Assembly (NCBI GenBank): GCA_963730185.1
Contig: CAVSQW010000007.1
Coordinates: forward strand, 576,001 to 640,000
DNA length: 64,000 nucleotides
Direction of reading: 5' to 3'
Source: an uncultured Gemmatimonadales bacterium
GTDB lineage: Bacteria > Gemmatimonadota > Gemmatimonadetes > Gemmatimonadales > GWC2-71-9
Numbering within the stretch: position 1 is the stretch's first letter; every line of letters starts with the position of its first letter. Both the position numbers and the translations under genes were made by a program. Shown piece by piece: positions 1 through 11,702 of this stretch. The notes under the pieces are model-generated. The model was not told where the DNA came from and did no database searches. It was given only the letters and a program-made list of their open reading frames with translations.

Positions 1-2403
1 TACCTGGTGCTGCCGGGCTACGACGCCATTGCCCTGGCGGCGATCGGCAAGCCCGCGCCGTTCGCGCGGGTGGCCTTCAGCTCGTTCATCGCCTACGCGA
101 TCAGTCAGACGCTTGGCTTCCCCTTGGTGACCGGGAGCTCGGTGCGCTACCGTTTCTGGACCGCGTGGGGACTCACCACGCCGGAGATCGGCTCGGCCAT
201 CGGGTACGTGGTGGCGACCTTCACGGTGGGCCTGGTCGCGATGAGCGGCCTCTCGATGGTGGTGGAGCCGGGGGGGACGGCGGCGCTGCTCAGGCTACCG
301 ATCCCCTCGCTCCGTCCGGTCGGGGCCTTCTTCCTGTTGGTGGTCGCGGCGTACCTCGGGTGGGCCGCCGTCCGGCGGGGGCCGATCCGGGTCCGGGGAT
401 GGACGCTGCCCGTCCCGAGCCTGGGCCTGGCCCTGGCGCAGCTGGGTGTCGCAGCGCTCGACTGGAGTCTCGCGGCCTCGGTGATGTTCGTGCTGCTGCC
501 GCACCCGCCGGGGCTCTCGTTCGCCCTGGTGCTGGGGGCGTTTCTCACGGCCCAGTTCGCGGGGATTGCCAGCCACGTGCCGGGCGGTCTGGGCGTGTTC
601 GAGGGGCTCATGGTGGTGTTGCTGCAGCCCTACCTCGACGTGTCGCTCATCTTCGGGGCCCTGCTCGCGTTCCGGGCGGTCTACTACCTCCTGCCGTTCT
701 CGTTGGGCTTGTTGCTGCTGGCCGGGTTCGAGGTGGCGCAGCCCCGGCCGCGGCTCCGGGCCCTCGCGGAGCGGCTGGGCGCGGTGACCAGCGCGGTCGG
801 AGCCCGGTGGATTCCCGCCGCGCTCCCCACGGTGCTGGGTGGGGCAACGTTCGTGTCGGGTGTCGTCCTCCTGGTGTCGGGAGCGACGCCGTCGGTGCCG
901 GCGCGAATCCAGTGGCTGAGCGCGTTGGTCCCTCTCGGCGTGATCGAGCTCTCGCACTTTCTGGCCAGTTTGGCCGGGGGCGCGTTGGTGGTGCTGGGGT
1001 GGGCGCTGACCCGGCGACTCGACGCGGCCTATCGGCTGACGCAGACGCTGCTGGTCGTGGGCGCCGTGGCGTCGCTGCTCAAGGGATTCGATTGGGAGGA
1101 GGCGACGATTCTGGCATCGGTTGGACTTCTGCTCATGCCCGCCCGGTCGGTGTTCTATCGGCGGGCCGCGGTGACCAGCGAGCCGTTCTCGCCTGGCTGG
1201 ATCGTGGCGATCGTGGCGGCGGTGGGGTTCACCGCCTGGCTAGGCTTCTTCTCCTTCAAGCACGTCGACTACTCCTCCGACCTTTGGTGGCGCTTCACGC
1301 TCCACGGCGACGCGCCCCGCTACCTTCGGGCCATGGTGGGCCTGATGGGTGGGGTCACGATCTTCACCTTCGCGCGACTGCTTCGGCCGGCGCCGCCCGA
1401 GCCGGCGCCGCCCACCGCCGCCGAGCTGGACCGGGCGGTGGCGCTGGTGAGGGAGAGCCCCACCACGATGGGCAATCTGGCCCTGCTCGGTGACAAGACG
1501 CTCTGGTTCAGCGACAGCGGGCGGGGCATGCTGATGTTCGCCGTCTCGGGGCGGAGCTGGGTGACCATGGGCGACCCGCTGGGGCCGGTCGAGGATCGGC
1601 GGGAGCTGGCCTGGCGGTTTCGTGAGGAGGCCGATCGGCACGGGGCCTGGACCGTGTTCTACGAGGTGGGCGTCGACAATCTGCCGCTCTACATCGATCT
1701 GGGGATGACCCTGCTCAAGCTGGGCGAAGAGGCGGTGGTGCCGCTGGACGATTTCAGCCTCGAGGGCGGGGCCCGGCGCGGCCTCCGGCGGACCCGTCGG
1801 GAGCTGACGGCCCTGGGCGCGCGGTTCGAGGTGGTGCCCGCGGAGGGCGTGGAGGGCGTACTGCCGGAGCTGGAGCACATCTCGTCGGATTGGCTGGCGC
1901 GGAAAAAGGTGCGCGAGAAGGGGTTCTCGCTCGGGCGATTCGAGCCGGGGTATCTCCGGCGCGGGCCGATCGGGCTGGTGCGAGTCGGCGATCGGGTGGT
2001 CGCCTTCGCGAACCTGTGGCAGGCGCAGCCCGGCGGCGAGCTCTCGGTAGACCTGATGCGCTACCGGCACGACGCGCCGTCGGGGGTCATGGAGTACCTG
2101 TTCATCGAGCTGATGGTTTGGGGACAAGCCCGGGGGTTCCGGACCTTCAGTCTGGGGATGGTGCCGCTCTCCGGGCTCGAGAATCGGGCCTTGGCGCCGC
2201 TGTGGACCCGGGCGGGCGCCTTCCTGTTCCGGCACGGCGAGAACTTCTACAACTTCCAGGGCCTCCGGCAGTACAAGGACAAATTCGATCCGGTCTGGCG
2301 GCCGCGCTACCTCGCCTCGCCGGCGGGACTGGCGCTGCCTCGGATCCTGACCAACGTCGCGACGCTGATCTCTGGGGGGATCGGCGGCATCGTGACGGGC
2401 TGA
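1..2403 (+). CDS. mprF: Bifunctional lysylphosphatidylglycerol flippase/synthetase MprF (5' partial, runs off window edge)
   Basis: Multi-TM N-terminal flippase region (ASHVPGGLGVFEG) followed by a synthase domain with LALLGDK, MGDPLG, LKLGEEA, EKGFSLG, VDLMRY and FYNFQGLRQYKDKFDPVWRPRYLA; frame is open from base 1. Confidence 0.93.
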   Translation, partial: YLVLPGYDAIALAAIGKPAPFARVAFSSFIAYAISQTLGFPLVTGSSVRYRFWTAWGLTTPEIGSAIGYVVATFTVGLVAMSGLSMVVEPGGTAALLRLPIPSLRPVGAFFLLVVAAYLGWAAVRRGPIRVRGWTLPVPSLGLALAQLGVAALDWSLAASVMFVLLPHPPGLSFALVLGAFLTAQFAGIASHVPGGLGVFEGLMVVLLQPYLDVSLIFGALLAFRAVYYLLPFSLGLLLLAGFEVAQPRPRLRALAERLGAVTSAVGARWIPAALPTVLGGATFVSGVVLLVSGATPSVPARIQWLSALVPLGVIELSHFLASLAGGALVVLGWALTRRLDAAYRLTQTLLVVGAVASLLKGFDWEEATILASVGLLLMPARSVFYRRAAVTSEPFSPGWIVAIVAAVGFTAWLGFFSFKHVDYSSDLWWRFTLHGDAPRYLRAMVGLMGGVTIFTFARLLRPAPPEPAPPTAAELDRAVALVRESPTTMGNLALLGDKTLWFSDSGRGMLMFAVSGRSWVTMGDPLGPVEDRRELAWRFREEADRHGAWTVFYEVGVDNLPLYIDLGMTLLKLGEEAVVPLDDFSLEGGARRGLRRTRRELTALGARFEVVPAEGVEGVLPELEHISSDWLARKKVREKGFSLGRFEPGYLRRGPIGLVRVGDRVVAFANLWQAQPGGELSVDLMRYRHDAPSGVMEYLFIELMVWGQARGFRTFSLGMVPLSGLENRALAPLWTRAGAFLFRHGENFYNFQGLRQYKDKFDPVWRPRYLASPAGLALPRILTNVATLISGGIGGIVTG

Positions 2404-2413
2404 TGCCGCGACC

Positions 2414-3817
2414 ATGACGACGGACGCACCCGACGCCCTTCGGATCGCCTTCGCCGACCGGGACCTCGCCCTCGGGCCGGAGATCGGTCGGGGCGGCATG
2501 GCGACGGTCTACGCGGGGACGGATCGGAAGCACAGCCGGCGAGTGGCGGTCAAGGTCTTGGACCGGGAGGCGGGGTCGGGGGCCGGGGGAGAGCGGTTTT
2601 CTCGGGAGATCGCTCTGGTGGCCCAGCTCCAGCATCCGCACATCGTGCCGCTCTACGACTCGGGTGAGCTGGCCGGGCTCCGCTACTACATCATGCCGCT
2701 GATGACGGGCGAGTCGCTCAGGACCCGACTCCGGCGCGACGGGAAGCTGGCCGTCGCCGAAGCGACGCGGCTGGCGTCGGAGGTGGCCGACGCGTTGGCC
2801 TACGCGCACGCGCGGGGTGTGATCCACCGTGACATCAAACCCGAGAACGTCCTGCTGGAGGGCGACCACGCGGTGATCGCCGACTTCGGTCTGGCGGTGA
2901 TCCGGGAGCGTTCGGCGATGACGGCGGCGGGCGAGCGGCTGACCCGCGGCGACGGGTTCGTCGGCACCCCGGAGTACATGAGTCCCGAGCAGCTCTTCGG
3001 CGAGCCGGCCGACGCCCGGACCGACGGGTACGCGACCGGGTGCGTGCTCTACGAGATGCTCGCCGGGCGCTCGCCCTTCGAGCCGGGCCAACCGGAGACG
3101 GTGCTGAGCCGGAAGCTGGCCGGCCAGGTGGCGCCGATCGACGAGCTCCGCCCCGATCTGCCGCGGGGCCTGGCCGAGGTGGTGATGCGCTCGTTCTCGC
3201 CCGACCCCAAGGACCGGATCGGGTCGGCGGCCGAGCTCCGGGCCGCGCTCCTTCCCTTCACGACCGGCAACCCGATCCGGTGGCGCTGGCGCCGGCGGCG
3301 GGTCTGGGGCACGACGGCGCTGATCGTGCTGGCGATGGCGGCCGGCGTCAGCCTGGTCCGGCGACCGGGGCGGCTCGGTCACATGGACCCGCACCGCATC
3401 GTCGTGGCCGACCTGGCCAACGAGTCGGCCGATTCGACGCTCACGGCACTCGGCGCCATGGCCGGCGACTGGATCGAGGCCGGGCTCTCGCGCGTGCCCG
3501 GGCTGGAGGTGATCAATTCGGCCTTCGTGCTGGGGGCGCCTCGGCTCAACCTGCCTCGGGGGATTCCGGGGACCTCGCGCCGGTTGCTGAAGCAATTGGT
3601 CGACTCCACCGACGCCGGCACCGTGATTTCGGGGTCGATCTACAAGGACGACCGCCGGATCGAGCTTTTCGCGGAGGTAACCGACGCTCGGTCGGGCAAC
3701 CTGCTGGCGGCGGTCGGCCCGATCCGGGGGCCGGGCACCCGACCGGACTCGGCCATGGCGGTGCTCCGCGACAGTGTCACGGCGGTGATCCGGCGTCGGG
3801 TGGCGGCGGCACGCTAG
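2414..3817 (+). CDS. Ser/Thr protein kinase K0 with TM helix and TolB-N/CsgG-like C-terminal domain
   Basis: GRGGMATVY, VAVK, HRDIKPEN, DFG, GTPEYMSPE; hydrophobic segment after RWRWRRRR; C-terminal IVVADLANES...ELFAEVTDARSG. Confidence 0.9.
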   Translation: MTTDAPDALRIAFADRDLALGPEIGRGGMATVYAGTDRKHSRRVAVKVLDREAGSGAGGERFSREIALVAQLQHPHIVPLYDSGELAGLRYYIMPLMTGESLRTRLRRDGKLAVAEATRLASEVADALAYAHARGVIHRDIKPENVLLEGDHAVIADFGLAVIRERSAMTAAGERLTRGDGFVGTPEYMSPEQLFGEPADARTDGYATGCVLYEMLAGRSPFEPGQPETVLSRKLAGQVAPIDELRPDLPRGLAEVVMRSFSPDPKDRIGSAAELRAALLPFTTGNPIRWRWRRRRVWGTTALIVLAMAAGVSLVRRPGRLGHMDPHRIVVADLANESADSTLTALGAMAGDWIEAGLSRVPGLEVINSAFVLGAPRLNLPRGIPGTSRRLLKQLVDSTDAGTVISGSIYKDDRRIELFAEVTDARSGNLLAAVGPIRGPGTRPDSAMAVLRDSVTAVIRRRVAAAR

Positions 3818-4046
3818 GCGCCCTAGGGCTCGGCCTCGATCGCCCTGGGTGCCGAGCGTGACGATGGGGTTCTCGGGGGCCACCGGGTCTCCTGCCGGGG
3901 GGACCGAGGGCACTATGCTCCAGAGGCGGCCTCCGGCTGAAACCCCGCCGGTCGCCTCCTCGTTTGCGATCGATGACCCAAGACGCTTCGGGCGCTCCAG
4001 CCGCGACCGCCGGCGCCGTTCAATTCAAGCAAGGAGACCCATAATC

Positions 4047-5548
4047 ATGCGTGGCCCGACGATTACCCTCGCCATCTTCCTCGCGGGCGCCGCGCCCGCG
4101 ATCGCCCAGCAGTCGCCCCCGGGTCCCGACACCGACGGGACCCTGGCCGCCCTGGAGAAGGTCGCGGGCCAGGGGATGATGCACTCGCGCGCCTACGACT
4201 ACCTGACCGAGCTCAGCGACGACATCGGGGCCCGGGTCACCGGATCGCCGGCGATGTGGAAGGCGGTGGAGTGGGGCGTCGCGACGATGAAGGCGATCGG
4301 TCTCGAGAACGTGCACGCGGAGCGCTACCAGATGTGGCGCGGGTGGACCCGGGGGTCGCCGTGATGACCATGCTGACCCCGCGGCCGCTCGGCTTGCACG
4401 TGGATGCGATGGGGTGGACCGGCTCGACCCCGGCCGGCGGGGTGGACGCCGACGTGGTGTCGGTGAACCTCTACGATCTCGATCGGGAGTTGGCCGCGAC
4501 GGGGAGTTGGAAGGGCAAGGTGCTCCTGATGGTGGCCAAGGGGACGCCGCCCAAGGGCGAAGATGGGTTCCTCGGATTCGGCCAACTGCTGAGGGCGGCC
4601 GAGCGGGCCGGGGCGGCCGCGGTGATCGGGGGGCAGGGCGGGGCGCACGCCGCGGGGATGAACCTGACCCACACGGGGATCCTGGGTTTCTCCGAGGACT
4701 TCTCGGTGCCGGTCGTGTCGATGACGGCCGAGGACCAGGGGTTGCTCGAGCGTGAGCTCGATCACGGACATGCGATCCGGGTGCACGTCGACATCCACAA
4801 CACCTTCACGCCCGGGCCGGTGGAGGCCGCGAACGTGGTGGGGGAGATCCGGGGCAGCGCCGAGCCGGACCAGGTGTTCGTGGTCGGCGCCCACTTGGAT
4901 TCGTGGGACCTGTCGGAAGGTGCCACCGACAACGGGGCCGGGTCGGTGGCGGTGCTGGGCGCCGCCGAGTCGATCGCCCGATCGGGCGCCCGGCCGCGCC
5001 GGACGATCCGCTTCGTCCTGTTCACCGGGGAGGAACAAGGGCTGCTGGGCTCGTTCGCCTATGTGAAGCAGCACCAGAGCGAGATGGCCAACCACCTGGG
5101 CGACCTCGTGCTCGACGGCGGTCAGGGACCGATCCGCGGTTTCAGCCTAGGGGGCCGTGACGACCTGGTCGGCGCCTTTACCCCGTTCGCCAAGTCGCTC
5201 AGCGCTTTCAGCGACTTGTCGGTGAACGACCGGATCTCGTTCGGCACCGATACCGGGCCGTTCTCGCTGGCGGGGCTTCCGGGGATCGATCTCGACAACG
5301 GGTCCGCCGAGTACCGGTATACCCACCACTCCGCGGCGGACGCGCTGGAAGCGGTCGGCCCCGCGGTGCTCGCTCAGAACGCGACCATCATGGCCCTGAC
5401 GGCGTTCTGGATCGCCGACCGGCCGGAGCGGCTGGCCAGCCCGTGGCCGGCGGATCGAATTGCCAAGACGTTCGTGGCCCAGCATCAGGACGGGATGTTG
5501 AAGGCGTTCAAGCTCTGGCCGTTCGGAGACGCGGGCGGCGGTCGCTGA
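4047..5548 (+). CDS. Secreted M28 family peptidase (carboxypeptidase Q-like) with a 1-bp frameshift near 4351-4355
   Basis: RBS AAGGAG at 4031 and signal peptide; LSDDIGARVTGS in the first frame; VGAHLDSWD, GATDNGAG, FTGEEQGLLGS and YTHHSAAD in the second; adding one G to the G run restores WTRGVAVM. Confidence 0.85.
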
Positions 5549-5687
5549 GTTGGCTGGCGGGCGTACCACCGCTACTCCTAGCCACCCGAATCAGGAGCCT
5601 GACGTGCAACTGGATTCGGGCGGCAAGGTGGCCAGCGTGAAGGTCGACGGGTTCACGACCTTCCGGCGGGTGCCGGACGCAAAAGGA

Positions 5688-6050
5688 TCATGAGGAGGGC
5701 TTCGGGATCATCGAGTGCCAGCGATCGGGCTCGAGCCCTAGCTTCTCCAGCCAGAGCTCCTCGAGCGCGGCGAGGTCGGACGCCGGATCGTGGTCCGGGC
5801 TCTCGGGCGGCGGGAGGGTGTCGAGGGTCTCGAACGTGAAGCCGTCGGGACCATGCTCGTTCCAGGCTCGCTGAAGGTCCTTGTCCGGGTGGGCCCCGAA
5901 GCGGAGCTGCGCCTGATGCCGGTTCAAGATCCCGGGCAGGTTCACACTCGCGGCCACGACCGACCGCCCGGTCACGGTGTCGTGGATCCGGTACACGCCC
6001 ATCGGGCGCGGCGTTTCCTTGTACTGGCGGAGCAACTCTTTCCGGTTCAT
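5688..6050 (-). CDS. Small GIY-YIG nuclease family protein
   Basis: PMGVYRIHDTVTGRSVV...NRHQAQLRFGAHPDKDLQRAWNEHGPDGFTFETLDTL resembles the small GIY-YIG subfamily. Confidence 0.75.
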   Translation of the reverse strand: MNRKELLRQYKETPRPMGVYRIHDTVTGRSVVAASVNLPGILNRHQAQLRFGAHPDKDLQRAWNEHGPDGFTFETLDTLPPPESPDHDPASDLAALEELWLEKLGLEPDRWHSMIPKPSS

Positions 6051-6116
6051 TGACGTGCTTCCAGGACGGCGGACGGAAATCGCAAGGACACGATCGGTCT
6101 TCGGTGGGGCGGAGCG

Positions 6117-6596
6117 CTATCCGGCGATGGCCTGGCCGGGGCTGTCGAACCGGGCGAGCCACTGGCGGATCCGTTCTCCACACTCCCTGAGGTCGCCCGT
6201 GACCCCGGCCAGCGCCAGGATGTGGGCGTCCTCGAGCGTGTCGATCTCCTCTTCCATCACCGGCGGCAGCACGAGCGCCCGCCGGGCTTGGGAGAGCACC
6301 GTCACGGTGTCCCGGAGGTTGCGGCGGCCGGAGGCCAGATCACGCCAGGTCTGCTGGAGGATCGCCATCAGGACCGGCCGCGACTCCCGTCGCCGGGCCA
6401 GGGGCCGGAGGGCGGCCCGCAGCGCGTCCACGTCGCGCGAGGGCGCCAGCGCGATGTCGACCAATGCGGCGCTGGGTTCCGGCTGATGCTCGAGCTGCGA
6501 CGCGGCCCAACGGCTCACGTCGTCACCGGTTGCCAAGCCGAGGAGCAGAGCCGCCCTGAGGTAGGTGGCTTGTTCTCGTACACCTGTAAGCGTCAT
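6117..6596 (-). CDS. Hypothetical helical protein
   Basis: 159-aa ORF (MTLTGVREQATYLRAALLLG...) with protein-like composition; no family recognised. Confidence 0.5.
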   Translation of the reverse strand: MTLTGVREQATYLRAALLLGLATGDDVSRWAASQLEHQPEPSAALVDIALAPSRDVDALRAALRPLARRRESRPVLMAILQQTWRDLASGRRNLRDTVTVLSQARRALVLPPVMEEEIDTLEDAHILALAGVTGDLRECGERIRQWLARFDSPGQAIAG

Positions 6597-6721
6597 TTGG
6601 AATCCCGCTCCGAAGGGGGCGATCGAACGGGTCGACGCAATATAGGTAGGCTGTGCGCCAGAGTGCAGTCTTCCGCAGCGCCTTTCGGTGTCTGATCTCG
6701 AGTGGAGCAAAACACGACGGT

Positions 6722-7189
6722 TCAGGCTTCGATGGAGTGTCCCCCGAGGGCGAGGTCACCGATCGCGATCCCGATCTCGGCGGCAAGCTCCCGGCCGGCG
6801 TCGTGATCTCGAGATCCGATCCCGAGAGCGAGCGTGGCGGTGTCGGCGTCCAGGAGGCCGTGCGGTCCGACCAGGGCGGCGAAGGCGCCGGGGTCGGCGG
6901 CTTCGAGCACCAGGCGGGCCCCTCGCGGCCGGCGCCACCAGGGATCCCGCTTCAGGTCGACCCTGGCCAGGCCGGCGATCGCAATGATCGCGTCGGTTCG
7001 GGAGGGTGGCTCGCGATCGGCGGCCTGGATGTCGCGGCCGAATCGGTCGGTGACCCGGTCGATCCACCAGTGGAGGGTGAGCCGGTCGGCGGCGAGCTGG
7101 ACGGTGCCGTGAACGATTTCGCGAATCGCGGTGATGTCGCCCGGGGCGGCGAGCGTCCGATCGCGGCGAAGGTGAAACCCCAGGATCAT
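6722..7189 (-). CDS. Hypothetical protein
   Basis: 155-aa ORF co-oriented with its neighbours; no family recognised. Confidence 0.4.
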   Translation of the reverse strand: MILGFHLRRDRTLAAPGDITAIREIVHGTVQLAADRLTLHWWIDRVTDRFGRDIQAADREPPSRTDAIIAIAGLARVDLKRDPWWRRPRGARLVLEAADPGAFAALVGPHGLLDADTATLALGIGSRDHDAGRELAAEIGIAIGDLALGGHSIEA

Positions 7190-7288
7190 CGTCAGGCTCC
7201 TATCGCCGGACGGGGTGGCACCTGGGCCCGCCGGGTGGCCGCGGGCACCGGCCAGGTTCGCGAGGCGGTGGGCATCTCGGACACCGGG

Positions 7289-8593
7289 TCAGGACGGCGG
7301 TGTTTCGGTCCGGACGTGGCGGAGCAGTAGGGGCCGGCCGAACACCGCGACCACGACCAGTCCAGCCAGGATGGCCAGCGGCAGCGGGTCGGTTTCCGCC
7401 AGGCGGACCGTGAGTGCCAGGACCGCCGCGATCCCGCCGACCGCCCCGGCACCGGTCACGGCTCGATGGCCGACCCGGAGCCTGAAGGCGAGCCCGCAGG
7501 TGACCGCGAAGGTGAAGAGGAACGCCAGGCTGGCCACTTCGACCAGGGAGGTGAGCGAGCCGATCACGGCCAGCACCGCCGCGGCGAGCCCGAGTCCGAT
7601 CACGGCTCGATCCGGAATGCCGGCGGCGTTCTTGTGGCCGATGGCGGCCGGCAGCTCGCCGGTGCTCGCGACCTCATGGGCCAGACGAGCGGTCGCGAAC
7701 AGGGTGGAGTTGATCGCCGAGCCGGTCGAGAACGCGGCGCCGACGGTCACCAGGATGAGCCCGACGGTCCCGAGCGCCCGTTGGCCGGCGAGCGCGAGCG
7801 CGACCTCCTTGTGGGCGACCACCTGGTCGGCGCCGATCAGCATCGCGACGCCCAGCGCGACCACGACGTACACCACGATCACGACGACGATGGCGGAGAG
7901 GACCGCCCGTGGCAGGGTCCGCTTCGGATCGGCGATGTCCTCGTAGTCGTAGGTGAGGAGCTGGAAACCTTCGTAGGCCATGAACACCGACGCGGCCCCG
8001 AACAACGCTGCGCCGATGCCGGCTTGGGGAACCCCCTCGGACAACAGCGGCGGGTTCCATTCAGCCAGACCCCAGGCCGCCAGTCCGACCAGCACCGCCA
8101 GCTTGAACCAGACCAGGAAGACCTCGACCCCGCCGGCTTCCCCCACGCCCTTGAGATTGAGCCCGATGAAGAAGGTCAGGATCGCCATGGCCGCCGCCCG
8201 GGGAAACCAAGGCCCCAGGCCGACCACGTGGCCGAGGTATTGTCCGAAGGTGAAGGCGTAGACGGCGTTGGTGAGGACGTATCCGACGATCAGGACCCAG
8301 GAGAGGCTGCCCGCGAGCCCATCGGCGTCGACCTTCCGGAGAAAGGTGAAGGCGCCGCCCCCCTCACCGTAGTGCGTCGCCAGCCGGACGTAGGCGTAGC
8401 CGGCGGCCAGCGCGATCAGTCCGGCCGCGACGAAGCTGAGCCAGGCCAACGGGCCAGCGATCCCGATCACGACGCCGAGCGTGGAGAAGATGCCGCCGCC
8501 CACCATCCCGCCGACGGCCATGGACCAGGTGGCGTTGAAGCCGAGCTGCTCGGAGGTCGAGGCGTTGTTCCGGGAATGGGGATTGTCCGCCAT
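7289..8593 (-). CDS. APC family amino acid permease
   Basis: About 12 TM segments; SMAVGGMVGGGIF, MAYEGFQLL, SAINSTLFATARL. Confidence 0.88.
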   Translation of the reverse strand: MADNPHSRNNASTSEQLGFNATWSMAVGGMVGGGIFSTLGVVIGIAGPLAWLSFVAAGLIALAAGYAYVRLATHYGEGGGAFTFLRKVDADGLAGSLSWVLIVGYVLTNAVYAFTFGQYLGHVVGLGPWFPRAAAMAILTFFIGLNLKGVGEAGGVEVFLVWFKLAVLVGLAAWGLAEWNPPLLSEGVPQAGIGAALFGAASVFMAYEGFQLLTYDYEDIADPKRTLPRAVLSAIVVVIVVYVVVALGVAMLIGADQVVAHKEVALALAGQRALGTVGLILVTVGAAFSTGSAINSTLFATARLAHEVASTGELPAAIGHKNAAGIPDRAVIGLGLAAAVLAVIGSLTSLVEVASLAFLFTFAVTCGLAFRLRVGHRAVTGAGAVGGIAAVLALTVRLAETDPLPLAILAGLVVVAVFGRPLLLRHVRTETPPS

Positions 8594-8717
8594 ACACCGC
8601 CCGGGAAAGGTCCCGGGCAATGTAGGCGTGGTGAGCGACGCGGGTCAAAAACGACGCCAGCTGGACGCCCTCCTCACTCGCTCGGTTCCGTCGGCTGGGG
8701 TGGGCGGGGCGCTCACC

Positions 8718-9278
8718 TCATCGGGGCCAAAGCCACCCGAAGGTCCCGGCGGTGAGCAGGGCGTAGATCAGGCCGTCGACGCTCGACTTGAAGGTGGTGC
8801 TCCACGACCGGTGATACCAGATCGAGATCTGCCAGAGCGCGGCGCCGTAGCCGAGGAAAGCGGTGACGCCGACGAAGCGGAAAACCTCGAGGTAGTCGGC
8901 GCCGGGCGCCAGGGCGCGACTGGCGACGTAGCCCGCGAAGAGACCGACCACCAAGAGATAAACGAACCACATCAAGAGCTGCGGTCCCATGCCGGGAAGA
9001 CCGTTCGGCCTCACGGTGATGATCATCACCGGTCCCTGGGCCATCTTCTCGGCGAACTCGGGCGACTTCAGGTCGGCCGCGGTCTTGGGGCGGGGCACCA
9101 TGTAGTCGCCGGGGGGGATGGCGAGGGGGCGGACGGCGTCCCTGAACCGGTCCTCGTTCGGTATCGCGGGGTAGTCACTCTTGTGCCAGGGCATCACCAT
9201 ATGAACGATGGAGCTGACCAGAAACACGATCACACCCGAGACGACGATCGGGACCCACAAGGTGGACAGGCCGGTCAT
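8718..9278 (-). CDS. Hypothetical membrane protein
   Basis: Several TM helices; RBS GGAGG upstream; ends AGTFGWLWPR. Confidence 0.7.
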   Translation of the reverse strand: MTGLSTLWVPIVVSGVIVFLVSSIVHMVMPWHKSDYPAIPNEDRFRDAVRPLAIPPGDYMVPRPKTAADLKSPEFAEKMAQGPVMIITVRPNGLPGMGPQLLMWFVYLLVVGLFAGYVASRALAPGADYLEVFRFVGVTAFLGYGAALWQISIWYHRSWSTTFKSSVDGLIYALLTAGTFGWLWPR

Positions 9279-9366
9279 GGCGACCTCCGAGGCTGGAGAA
9301 CGGACCACTGGCGGGGGGACGCGCTAGTATATCGCCCCGACCATCCCCTCGCGAGTCGCTCTCCGG

Positions 9367-11461
9367 CTACCGGGCTCCTTTGCCGCCGCTTGCGCCGCCC
9401 GCGGTCCACTTCTGGTTCTCACGGTTCAGGTCGGGGAAGTCGCCGGTGGCGTCGATCTCCACGGCCGAGACGGCCGGAGCGGCGGGCACCCGCACGGTGA
9501 CCCGTCGCTCACCGTGGAGCCAGGCGTCGACCGGAATGGTCAGATGCTCAACCCGGCCGCCGAGCCGGGTCACGGTCAGGTAAACCGGCATCGGCGCCAG
9601 CCCCCGGTCCTCCACCGTGATGGCGAGCGAGTCGCCCGCCGGAGTGACGCTCGCGATGGCCTGGTCGAGCGACCAACCGTGATAGAACCAGGTCTGCCAG
9701 AACCACGAGAGGTCGCGGCCGGCCACGTCGTCGATGGTGTTGAAGAAGTCGTACGGCTCCGGGTGGCGGCCGATCCATCGGTGACCGTACTCCCGAAAGG
9801 CTCGGTGGAAGAGCTCCTCGCCCAAGAGGCCGCGGAGCGCGGCCAGCACCTGGGCGGTCTTGTCGTACTGCATGATGAAGTACAGGCTCTGCGGATAGTC
9901 GTCGCCGGGGAGCATGAGCGGGGCGTCGTCGCCGGCCCGGGCGGTCCGGACGTAGAGGGCGCGCTGCCCCTGCTCCGAATCGTTGGCGCGGCCGCCGGTG
10001 CGCGGCTCGCCGTAGAGCGGCCGCATGCCTTGGGCGACGTCGAATTGGGTGAAGCCCTCGTCCATCCAGGGGAAGCGCTTCTCGTTGGAGCCCACCTGCA
10101 TCGGAAACCACATGTGGCCGGTCTCGTGCATCAGGTCGCCGGCCAGCGAGAGGGTGTCGGCCCAAGGCTGCATCAGCGTCATCATCGGGTACTCCATCCC
10201 GCCCCCGGTGAGCACGCCCTCCATCGAGGTCATCTTGGGCCAGGGGTAAGGCCAGAGGTAGGCGGAGAGCTGCTCGATGGCATCCTTCGTGAACCGGGCG
10301 CCACCGAGCTTCCAGGCGGCGGCGGGTCGGGTCAGGCGGAAGAAGCTGTCGATCTCGACCGTGTCCGGCGCGGCCCCCGCCCCCTGGCCCACCAGGGCTC
10401 GGGTGGCGTCCCAGGCGTACTGATCGCTGGTGCCCCAGGCGAAGTCACGGACGCTCGTCGGCGGTGAAATGCCAGGCGGAGGTGGCGCCGGTGCCGGCGA
10501 AGGTGCGCGCGGCCGTCGCGCCCGGTGTCATGACCCGGATCACCCGGCCGGTGCGTCGCGCGGCGGCCAAGCTGTCGCGGGCCGAGGCGGAGAGCACGGC
10601 GGCGGGGTTCCGGAGGGTGCCGGTGGCGCCGACCACCCAGCCGCGGGGTACCGTGACCCGGACGTCGTAGTCGGCCGGATCCATGTAGAACTCGGCCTCG
10701 AGCAGGTACGGATCGGCGACCCAGCCGTCGACGTCGTCGTAGACGGCGATCTCGGGATACCAATAGCCCATGAAGTAGACGTGGCCGTCGCGGCCTTCGC
10801 GGCCGTCGGCGGGCGACGGGGCGGGGTGATACGACCAGGCGAACGCCAGGTCGAGGCTGTCGCCCGGGAGGAGCGGGTGGGTCAGGGGAATCGTCATCAC
10901 CGTGCCGTCGACCGCGTACTGGCCGGCGGTGGGCGGTTTTCGCGGAGGGGCGGTGATCGGCAGGGCAGGGTTCCGGTCGGGCGCGGGAATCACCGCGCGC
11001 CCCGCCACCGTCACGCGACTGAGCGTCAGGCCGCCGGTGATCGGCACGCTCTGCCGGCGGGCGACGCCCGGCGCGAAGGCGTTCTGCCGGAGATGGACGA
11101 AGACGGTGCCGAGCGGGTCGGGAGAGCGATTGAGATAGGTGACGGTTTCGCGGCCGCTCACCAAGTGCCGGGCCGGGTCGAGCGACACGTCGATCGAGTA
11201 GCGGGCGTGCTGGACCCAGTTCCTCGGGCCGGGGTGGCCGGAGCGGGTCCGGGTGCCGCGGGCGACGGCGCGGGTAAAGGCGGCCGTCTCATAGACCGGG
11301 CCCGGTACCGGGCGCGGGCCGGCGGCAGTGGTCTCGGGATCGATGGTGGGGGCGGGCCGGGTCTGAGCCGAGGCGATGGGGGCGCAGAAGACGAGGGTCA
11401 GCAACACCAGCCGGAGAGGCGCAGCCGAGCGAGCGGGCGCCGGGGATTCATGTGGGGGCAC
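9367..11461 (-). CDS. Secreted M1 family metallopeptidase with one frameshift near 10455
   Basis: GTG start with RBS GAAGGAG and signal peptide; GGMEYP, HETGHMWF...MDEG zinc motif; the frames join at HFTAD|VRDFAWG. Confidence 0.87.
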
Positions 11462-11702
11462 AGCGCGGTCTCCTTCGAAGGACAGGGGCAACGCCCAGGA
11501 AGGTAAAGGGGTACGGCCGGGGGCGACGGGTCCGCCCCCGGCGTCGCTGGCATGAGCGTGACGGTGGGAGCATCTTGGGCCAGGGTGATCGCCGCTCAGG
11601 CGGGTTTCCCCTCCAGGACGATGACCGTGACGATCCCGGCGTGGTGACGGCCTTTCCGTTCCCTCCAACGCGCCGATGTCCGTAACCGGTCGACCGGCCA
11701 CC

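Noticed and set aside
5688..6050. GIY-YIG protein as a homing endonuclease or mobility factor for the array
   Set aside because: Small stand-alone family member 12 kb from the array, with no intron or mobile context
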